IMG/VR virus record: IMGVR_UViG_3300007276_000045
Location: 8,735-72,734 of that record
From: a virus
DNA length: 64,000 bases
Direction: 5' to 3' (one strand)
Below the pieces are notes generated by a model. That model searched no databases and had not been told where the DNA came from. It was given only the letters and a program-made list of their open reading frames with translations. A program made the translations under genes and the position numbers. Below are positions 58,559 to 63,990 of the stretch, piece after piece. How positions within the stretch are numbered: the first letter of the stretch is position 1; the number at the start of each line of letters is the position of its first letter.

Positions 58559-58583
58559 TAAGTCCTTTGTTGACAAGCACTTA
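58559..58583 (+). repeat. 25-bp palindromic site, copy 3
   Basis: TAAGTCCTT-TGTTGAC-AAGCACTTA, preceded by GGGCCGGGGCGCAGCCC. Confidence 0.9.
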
Positions 58584-58655
58584 CGACGATTAAAAAAAGA
58601 AAAAAAACAAGGCCCATCCCTTGACAGTGGGGGCATTTCGTGGTATAATACACGC

Positions 58656-58766
58656 ATGAAAAACACCTTTCACGTTCACGCTTGGACCGTCATCTCGGCA
58701 AGCTCCCACATCGAAACCCACCAGTGCATTGATTGCGGCGAAAAACGCACAATTTATGTGGACTAG
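58656..58766 (+). CDS. Leaderless zinc-ribbon-like micro-protein (36 aa)
   Basis: MKNTFHVHAWTVISASSHIETHQCIDCGEKRTIYVD* with HxH and CxxCG. Confidence 0.7.
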   Translation: MKNTFHVHAWTVISASSHIETHQCIDCGEKRTIYVD

Positions 58767-58804
58767 GGCTTGACATTCACCCCTTAACTTGGTATAATAC
58801 ACCC

Positions 58805-59146
58805 ATGAAGACAGAGATTCAAAATACCCCAATCATCACCGTTCCGACCCATCGCAAAGGTCTGAAGCAGGTTTCTTTCCCGCACCACGACTACGTTCTG
58901 TCTATAGGGTATGGCAAAGGTCACTACGCCTCTTGGGTGATTGGTGGTCGTTGGGACGAGGAGGGATCGCAGCACTTCCCTACTACGTTCGAGCTTGCGG
59001 TTCTGGACAAGGACGGTAAATTCTACCCCCTTACATCTTGCGATGATGTTGCTGGTTGGCAACCCATCGACATGATCGAGATCATTGTTGACCGTATGAG
59101 TCGCTACCATTTCGATATCGCAGAATTGAAGTATTTCTGCGACTAA
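58805..59146 (+). CDS. Leaderless hypothetical protein (113 aa)
   Basis: ATG 6 nt after TATAAT; FELAVL and DDV.GW motifs. Confidence 0.75.
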   Translation: MKTEIQNTPIITVPTHRKGLKQVSFPHHDYVLSIGYGKGHYASWVIGGRWDEEGSQHFPTTFELAVLDKDGKFYPLTSCDDVAGWQPIDMIEIIVDRMSRYHFDIAELKYFCD

Positions 59147-59240
59147 CCCCTTGACATTCACTCCTCCATTTGTTATAATGGGGGGAACAAACGAGGCAAG
59201 TAGTCCTCACAACCTGACCCATATCCAAGGAGATATTACT

Positions 59241-59612
59241 ATGACCGATAGAAAGCAACGCACCCCAGCCGAGATCATCGCAGAAACCGAGGCGAAACTT
59301 GAACGCCTCAAGGTAAAGCAAGCAAAGCAGGAAGCCAAGAGCAATCCCGCCGTGGCACCCCTGATGGCAGAGCTTGACGGTCTGCGGAAGGACATTCGAG
59401 AAGCAAAGAAAGGTCTTGGGGACGGTCCCCAGTCTTTCAACGCTCGCGCCGACAAGCACCTAGTGTGGCTTGACAAGATCGAAGCCGAGCGGGAAGCCGC
59501 GCAGGATACTTTGGCGAGTGCGGAGACGCGCAAGTCGGAGATTGAGGCCCTGATCGCTGAGACGATCAACGGCATCGTAGATTCCTCTGACGAAATCACG
59601 TTAGAGGCTTGA
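59241..59612 (+). CDS. Coiled-coil early protein (123 aa), leadered
   Basis: AAGGAG SD; MTDRKQRTPAEIIAETEAKLERLK...; stop lies in the next -35. Confidence 0.8.
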   Translation: MTDRKQRTPAEIIAETEAKLERLKVKQAKQEAKSNPAVAPLMAELDGLRKDIREAKKGLGDGPQSFNARADKHLVWLDKIEAEREAAQDTLASAETRKSEIEALIAETINGIVDSSDEITLEA

Positions 59613-59683
59613 CAAACTGAGGGGATCATGCTATAATGGTTCCCTCAACTAACCCCTTTTCTTATCTATAGGAGATTCTTACT

Positions 59684-59914
59684 ATGCTTTCAAGCATCAC
59701 AAATGTCGTGCGTTCGAACCAGAACGCTGTTATGATCCGAGTTGGTAACGGTTGCGCTTCTAGTGCAGTCTATACCATCTTCGACCTGAAGAGCCAGAGC
59801 AACACCTACACGGGCACGCTCAACTCTTGCAAAAAGGCGTGGAACCGCCATTACATGAACTCTCGGCAGTTCGTGACCCGTGACGGTCTAAACCACCGCT
59901 ACATGAGTAAGTAG
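59684..59914 (+). CDS. Hypothetical early protein (76 aa), leadered
   Basis: TAGGAG SD; own promoter at 59609. Confidence 0.75.
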   Translation: MLSSITNVVRSNQNAVMIRVGNGCASSAVYTIFDLKSQSNTYTGTLNSCKKAWNRHYMNSRQFVTRDGLNHRYMSK

Positions 59915-60127
59915 TTCCCGACTCGACTGGGCGAGTATAAATAGCTTGTAGGCCCAGAGCGTCCCTGAGGGAAGAAGGCGAGCAATTGCTCAGACCTCAC
60001 CCTCAGGGGGATAGAGAAAAAAGAGGAGTCCGATACATTACGATGTGCCTTCTTAGCCCTTCGGGGACATCATCGGTAAGACGATGCACGGCTTGGTCTG
60101 TGGCACGGGACGCTCCTCTTTTTTCTC
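59915..60127 (+). ncRNA. Candidate multi-domain structured RNA
   Basis: Successive stems CTGGGC/GCCCAG; CCCTGAGGG/CCCTCAGGG with inner GAGC-AATT-GCTC; perfect 15-bp GAGAAAAAAGAGGAG/CTCCTCTTTTTTCTC closing a multibranch loop. Confidence 0.55.
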
Positions 60128-60170
60128 ACTTTCTTCTTGCAATTTTGAAAAAATCGCCGGGGCGAAGCCC

Positions 60171-60195
60171 TAAGTCCTTTGTTGACAAGCACTTA
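60171..60195 (+). repeat. 25-bp palindromic site, copy 4
   Basis: TAAGTCCTT-TGTTGAC-AAGCACTTA, preceded by GCCGGGGCGAAGCCC. Confidence 0.9.
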
Positions 60196-60256
60196 CGACC
60201 AAAAGTTTTTTAATGCTAGCCCTTGACATTCTCCGATTGTGTGGTATAATGTATGC

Positions 60257-60379
60257 ATGAACACGTTACCTCCCAATGCTCTCTTCCCCGTTCCCCCTGT
60301 CTGCTCTGCCTACTGGACCAATGCCCAGTGGTATCACTGGTGGGTCAACAGCGGAGGAAAAACCGCAAAAACCTCTTGA
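60257..60379 (+). CDS. Leaderless Pro/Trp-rich micro-protein (40 aa)
   Basis: MNTLPPNALFPVPPVCSAYWTNAQWYHWWVNSGGKTAKTS*; stop lies in the next TTGACA. Confidence 0.6.
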   Translation: MNTLPPNALFPVPPVCSAYWTNAQWYHWWVNSGGKTAKTS

Positions 60380-60410
60380 CATTTCCCCCACCCTTTGGTA
60401 TAATACACGC

Positions 60411-60833
60411 ATGAAAAAGAAAGCCTTCGTATTTGATCTCGACGGAACACTGTTCGAGACTACTGCAAAAGAAATCGAGTCTGCCCACGGTCACGCTCGC
60501 TACATCGAATTTTCAGACACTGAGAAGCTCCTGAAGGAATCAAAGCCTCGCTCCCTTGTCTCGTTCGCTCTTACTGTGCAGAGTGAAGGTCATCGTGTGT
60601 ATGTTCTCACGGCTAGAAACTCCCTCATCTACCGAGCTATCCGCACCCTCTTAGAGCGTTACGGCATCGACGCAGAGTATGTTTTTTGTGTAGGGGATCG
60701 AGGTTTCGACATCCCAGAATACAAGGCAGAGATTCTTTCCAGCCTTGCCGAAACACACGCCACCTATTTCTTCGACGATTGCGAAGAAAATCTTTCTGCC
60801 GTCCCTGACGGAATTCGCGCCTTCAAGGCTTGA
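60411..60833 (+). CDS. HAD-superfamily phosphatase (PNK 3'-phosphatase-like), leaderless
   Basis: FDLDGT (motif I), VLTAR (II), K (III), FFDD (IV); true start 60411. Confidence 0.85.
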   Translation: MKKKAFVFDLDGTLFETTAKEIESAHGHARYIEFSDTEKLLKESKPRSLVSFALTVQSEGHRVYVLTARNSLIYRAIRTLLERYGIDAEYVFCVGDRGFDIPEYKAEILSSLAETHATYFFDDCEENLSAVPDGIRAFKA

Positions 60834-60864
60834 CATCTTCTCCCCTTTGTGGTATAATACACGC

Positions 60865-61170
60865 ATGAAACTCCTCACTGATGAAATCAAATCTTCCCTT
60901 CCCGCTCTCTACTCCACTGAGGGAGACGGTGACAAGAAAATCGTCTGCAAGTTCTTCAACCCTGTAGGGGCTGGCACTTGGTATATTTGCGAAGGTCAAG
61001 AACAAGCCAACGGTGATTGGCTACTGTTCGGCCTTTGTGACCTAGGCTTCGGAATGCCTGAGTGGGGCTATGTCTCACTTAACGAACTGGAGTCTGTCTC
61101 TCTTCCTTTCGGTATGGGCATCGAAAGGGATATCTTTTTCTCGCCCAACACTCTATCTTCTGAGGTTTAA
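60865..61170 (+). CDS. DUF2958-like protein, leaderless
   Basis: LP.LYSTE, KFF.P.G..TWY, FGL.DLG.G.PE.GYVSL.EL and IERD..F motifs. Confidence 0.8.
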   Translation: MKLLTDEIKSSLPALYSTEGDGDKKIVCKFFNPVGAGTWYICEGQEQANGDWLLFGLCDLGFGMPEWGYVSLNELESVSLPFGMGIERDIFFSPNTLSSEV

Positions 61171-61173
61171 TTT

Positions 61174-61362
61174 ATGAATGTTTCCATCAAGGAAAACAAC
61201 GGTGTTTCAACTCTCGTCATCGAGACCCCTGTTTCACTTCGCCCGTCTAAGTCTGGTAAGACTATGCTCGTCGCTTCTAGCGGTGGCAACATCACCACGA
61301 CTGCGATGGTTGACGGTAAGCCCGTCACGGTAGGCTTGAACGCCTACATCCCCAAGGGCTAA
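61174..61362 (+). CDS. Small hypothetical protein (62 aa)
   Basis: PSKSGKT.LVASSGGN...VGLNAY motif; GAGG SD. Confidence 0.75.
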   Translation: MNVSIKENNGVSTLVIETPVSLRPSKSGKTMLVASSGGNITTTAMVDGKPVTVGLNAYIPKG

Positions 61363-61374
61363 CGCCTGAGGGTT

Positions 61375-61444
61375 AGGTGGGGGGCATGGTTGCCTTCGGA
61401 GCCATTAGGCGAGTCCAGCAACCAACCCCCACCTTATTTTTCTC
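61375..61444 (+). terminator. Long hairpin (terminator and/or structured RNA module)
   Basis: AGGTGGGGG/CCCCCACCT plus TGGTTGC/GCAACCA stems, followed by TATTTTT. Confidence 0.6.
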
Positions 61445-61475
61445 ATTTTGTGCTTGACGCGCCGGGGCGAAGCCC

Positions 61476-61500
61476 TAAGTCCTTTGTTGACAAGCACTTA
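61476..61500 (+). repeat. 25-bp palindromic site, copy 5
   Basis: TAAGTCCTT-TGTTGAC-AAGCACTTA, preceded by GCCGGGGCGAAGCCC. Confidence 0.9.
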
Positions 61501-61572
61501 CGTTCACAAGAAATCCAAAAAAAACTAGACCACCCCCTTGACATTTGCCCAACCACTTGGTATAATACACAC

Positions 61573-61643
61573 ATGAAGAAACGAGGAAGCCTCTGCTGCT
61601 TTGATGACCCTAGATAAGGATTCGAAGTTTCCTCTTTTTCTTC
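61573..61643 (+). ncRNA. Stem-closed small RNA cassette (also contains the 14-codon ORF MKKRGSLCCFDDPR)
   Basis: 5' GAAGAAACGAGGAAGC pairs with 3' GTTTCCTCTTTTTCTTC, spanning from the predicted +1 to the next -35. Confidence 0.45.
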
Positions 61644-61678
61644 TTGACATTCACCCAACCACTTGGTATAATACACAC

Positions 61679-61900
61679 ATGAAAAATCCCCAATACTCCC
61701 TTGAAGCCACCTTCAAGCACCAAGGCATCGAGCAGATGCTCTCCAACCTCACTGGCGTATCCCGTAAGGGTGCCGTTGCTGAGGCATCATGCGCCACCTG
61801 CAAAGGTGAGGCTTCCTCTTTCCGTGATGAGGTTTCCGAGAAGGAATACACCATCTCTGGCATGTGCCAGACCTGCCAAGATGATATTTTTGGCAAGTAA
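61679..61900 (+). CDS. Leaderless zinc-finger protein (73 aa)
   Basis: CATC...FRDEVS.KEY.ISGMCQ.CQD.IFG. Confidence 0.8.
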   Translation: MKNPQYSLEATFKHQGIEQMLSNLTGVSRKGAVAEASCATCKGEASSFRDEVSEKEYTISGMCQTCQDDIFGK

Positions 61901-61939
61901 CCCCTTGACATCCACCCTCTAACCTGTTATAATACACAC

Positions 61940-62206
61940 ATGAAAAATCTCCAAGATACTACTGATTTCGAACTCACGGGCGATAACCTCGATGAGTATA
62001 CCGCTCACCAAGAAGCCGAGCTTCTTTCTGACATGAACGATGAGCCTGAGCTTGTCGATGATGATGAACTCAAGTCACTGCTCCAAGAGCTTTGGCAAGA
62101 GGAAGCTGCCCTTGCTATGAAGCGAGAGCAGGAAGAAGAGGAATACACCGAGCGTGATGCGTTCGATGATTTCTACAACGATTACGCCAACGAAATGGAG
62201 GGCTAA
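61940..62206 (+). CDS. Leaderless highly acidic protein (88 aa)
   Basis: About one third Asp/Glu; ATG 6 nt after TATAAT. Confidence 0.8.
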   Translation: MKNLQDTTDFELTGDNLDEYTAHQEAELLSDMNDEPELVDDDELKSLLQELWQEEAALAMKREQEEEEYTERDAFDDFYNDYANEMEG

Positions 62207-62209
62207 ACT

Positions 62210-62509
62210 ATGAGAGTTGATATCCACAGCATCGACCAAATCAAGGTCGATATTCACAAGTCCGATTGGGAAGGAACCAAGAACGGTTGGTTTTCACTGA
62301 AGTTTGATAAGAAGAATTATTGGGAAGAAGAACCCAAGGAAGCGGATTATGAAACCACTTTGTTTTGCGAGGACATCGAAAACGCCTACGCTACGCTGAT
62401 TCAAAACCTTCAACGAGCTATGGAAGTTGCGCGTGTAAAGCACGCCGAGGGACTTGCAAAGCGTAAGGCTGAGGAAGCAGCAGAAAAAGAAAAGGAGGCG
62501 AACGCCTGA
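62210..62509 (+). CDS. Hypothetical protein (99 aa)
   Basis: GGAGG upstream; coupled to the previous ORF. Confidence 0.75.
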   Translation: MRVDIHSIDQIKVDIHKSDWEGTKNGWFSLKFDKKNYWEEEPKEADYETTLFCEDIENAYATLIQNLQRAMEVARVKHAEGLAKRKAEEAAEKEKEANA

Positions 62510-62823
62510 TGGATCACGGAGACTACTTTGCCTCTTACGAACCTACACCGCGCATTGAGGAGTGGGCGATTGTTGGAGACGCTAACCCCTACCAAGCCCC
62601 AGAACTCAGGGAGTTACGGATCACGGGGTTGGTATACGGCCATCCAAGGTTTAATGATGGGCAGGTAGTCACCACTTCGCCCGTTCGTGCCTCTGCTGGT
62701 CATACGGTCGAAACACATAACACAACATACAACCTTGGCAGGATGTCGGAGGAATACAAGAAGTGGTGTTCTTCAATGGGGATTGAGGTGGATGCCTCCG
62801 CTCCTGTCAAGGTCTTTTCTTAA
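62509..62823 (+). CDS. Hypothetical protein with G.VYGHPRF.DG motif (104 aa)
   Basis: AAGGAGG SD; I.G.VYGHPRF.DG..V.TS.V and T.NT.Y.LG motifs. Confidence 0.75.
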   Translation: MDHGDYFASYEPTPRIEEWAIVGDANPYQAPELRELRITGLVYGHPRFNDGQVVTTSPVRASAGHTVETHNTTYNLGRMSEEYKKWCSSMGIEVDASAPVKVFS

Positions 62824-62837
62824 AAGTTTCGCGGTCC

Positions 62838-62862
62838 TAAGTTGTTGTCAACGCAGCACTTA
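62838..62862 (-). repeat. 25-bp palindromic site, copy 6 (inverted orientation)
   Basis: Reverse complement reads TAAGTGCTG-CGTTGAC-AACAACTTA. Confidence 0.75.
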
Positions 62863-62888
62863 GGTTCGCGGGGCCGGGGCCGAGGCCC

Positions 62889-62913
62889 TAAGTCCTTTGT
62901 TGACAAGCACTTA
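62889..62913 (+). repeat. 25-bp palindromic site, copy 7
   Basis: TAAGTCCTT-TGTTGAC-AAGCACTTA, preceded by GGGCCGGGGCCGAGGCCC. Confidence 0.9.
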
Positions 62914-62986
62914 CGCACGCTGAAAAAAATTAAAAAACCGAGGCCCTACCCTTGACAAACCCCACCAGACTTGGTATAATACACAC

Positions 62987-63057
62987 ATGGAAACGAGCGA
63001 CTCCAACACAAGACCGCTCGTAGGGTTTCGAGTCCCTGTCAGAAAAACTCGTTTTCC
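62987..63057 (+). ncRNA. Stem-closed small RNA cassette / structured in-frame leader
   Basis: GGAAACGAG/CTCGTTTTCC closing stem; internal AGGG-TTTCGAGT-CCCT hairpin; alternative ACGAGCG/CGCTCGT pairing. Confidence 0.4.
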
Positions 63058-63094
63058 CCTTGACAAAACCTCTCCCCTTTGGTATAATACACGC

Positions 63095-63295
63095 ATGAAA
63101 AACACCTCTCCTACCTTTCAAGTTCAGTCGGTCCATGACCGCGTTCTCTCTCTCAACCCTCTTGTAACTGGCAAGACGGTCTACTTCACTGGCACCCTTG
63201 AAGAGTGCAAAGCGCACAAGATCGATTGGGTTGGTGAGTATCGGAACACCATCTACAAAGCTCGATCTACTATGATCCGAGAAGTTTCCCAATAA
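63095..63295 (+). CDS. Leaderless hypothetical protein (66 aa), paralogue of 57456-57683
   Basis: MKNTSPTFQVQSVHDRVLSLNPLVTGKTVYFTGTLEEC...; own promoter at 63060. Confidence 0.8.
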   Translation: MKNTSPTFQVQSVHDRVLSLNPLVTGKTVYFTGTLEECKAHKIDWVGEYRNTIYKARSTMIREVSQ

Positions 63296-63336
63296 ACCCC
63301 TTGACAATCACCCCCTACTCTGGTATAATAGAACAC

Positions 63337-63480
63337 ATGGACGAATACGAATACGACGAAGGCTCCGACATCGACAACTGGGAAGACGAGCAAGTTTTCC
63401 AAGATCGCGAAGGTGACGAGGACGATGAGAGCCTCAACTACTGGGACGATTTCGACGCTGATTGGAGGCACGAATCTTGA
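63337..63480 (+). CDS. Leaderless extremely acidic micro-protein (47 aa)
   Basis: MDEYEYDEGSDIDNWEDEQVFQDREGDEDDESLNYWDDFDADWRHES*; 22 Asp/Glu versus 2 Arg. Confidence 0.75.
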   Translation: MDEYEYDEGSDIDNWEDEQVFQDREGDEDDESLNYWDDFDADWRHES

Positions 63481-63590
63481 ATTTTTGGAAAGCATTGCTT
63501 GACCATCTGACCCCTTCATGGTATAATGATACACCCGAACGAGAGACGGGTTCTGATTCTCTCAACAACCCTTTGCAAAAGGATACTACT

Positions 63591-63821
63591 ATGCAGAATG
63601 ATTTTTCATTCAACCCTACTCAGGCCAAAGTTCAAGGTCTGAGTGTTCAAGTTGGCGAGCTTTTCGCGAAGCTCTACTCTGACGGTTCCGCTTCGGCAAC
63701 CGATGTCGATAACGCGCTGGAGGCTTACAAGTCTCTGCGCCGATTGCTCCCTCGGGAGTTTGGCATGGGTCGCCATGTGGGAGCGCAAGCTGCTCACAAG
63801 GCAACTCAAGGGCAGAGCTAA
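63591..63821 (+). CDS. Hypothetical early protein (76 aa), leadered
   Basis: AAAGGA SD; MQNDFSFNPTQAKVQG...; promoter at 63499. Confidence 0.7.
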   Translation: MQNDFSFNPTQAKVQGLSVQVGELFAKLYSDGSASATDVDNALEAYKSLRRLLPREFGMGRHVGAQAAHKATQGQS

Positions 63822-63990
63822 CGCTCGCAGTGGGGCCTCGACGGAGTGTCCCCACTATAAAGAAAGCGTGTAGCCTACGGGAAAAGGCAGGGGGGAGTTC
63901 CTATAGGGCGTGACGTATTCGCGCACGGGACTCCTCCCGCCCTTTTGGGGGTGTTTAGGTTGTTCGACTAGTAAGACCCTACACGGGAAC
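63822..63990 (+). ncRNA. Candidate structured RNA (may continue past the window)
   Basis: AGTGGGG/CCCCACT hairpin, then AAAAGG..GGGGGGAGTTCC / GGGACTCCTCCC..CCTTTT long stem. Confidence 0.45.

Larger units (their letters stand above)
56227..63527 (+). promoter_or_regulatory. Array of 22 near-consensus sigma70 early promoters (TTGACA-N16/17-TATAAT, mostly with TG extended -10)
   Basis: -35 boxes start at 56227, 56345, 56519, 56670, 56783, 57421, 57680, 57925, 58621, 58770, 59151, 59609, 60223, 60376, 60830, 61538, 61644, 61905, 62952, 63060, 63301 and 63499 (TTGACC). Common form TTGACATTCACCCAAACACTTGGTATAATACACAC-ATG. Confidence 0.93.

Noticed and set aside
59934-59942. T4-type late promoter TATAAATA
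   Set aside because: It lies within a predicted RNA hairpin in the early region with no convincing downstream gene.
61590-61635. Hammerhead ribozyme (TTGATGA...CGAA)
   Set aside because: Core deviates from CUGANGA/GAAA and no stem I can be formed by eye.
63015-63045. tRNA gene
   Set aside because: Only a T-arm-like hairpin is present; no acceptor, D or anticodon arms found.
56227-63527. CRISPR array suggested by ~38-bp repeats and a Cas4-like gene in the window
   Set aside because: Repeats are promoters with irregular spacing (about 100 to 1000 bp) and intervening ORFs; no cas1/cas2; solo Cas4-like nucleases are common in phages.
56489-63534. Minus-strand ORFs beginning MxVLYQ / MCIIPS and extended plus-strand starts containing WYNT.M
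   Set aside because: These are translations of the promoter repeat itself; real starts are the ATGs just after TATAAT.
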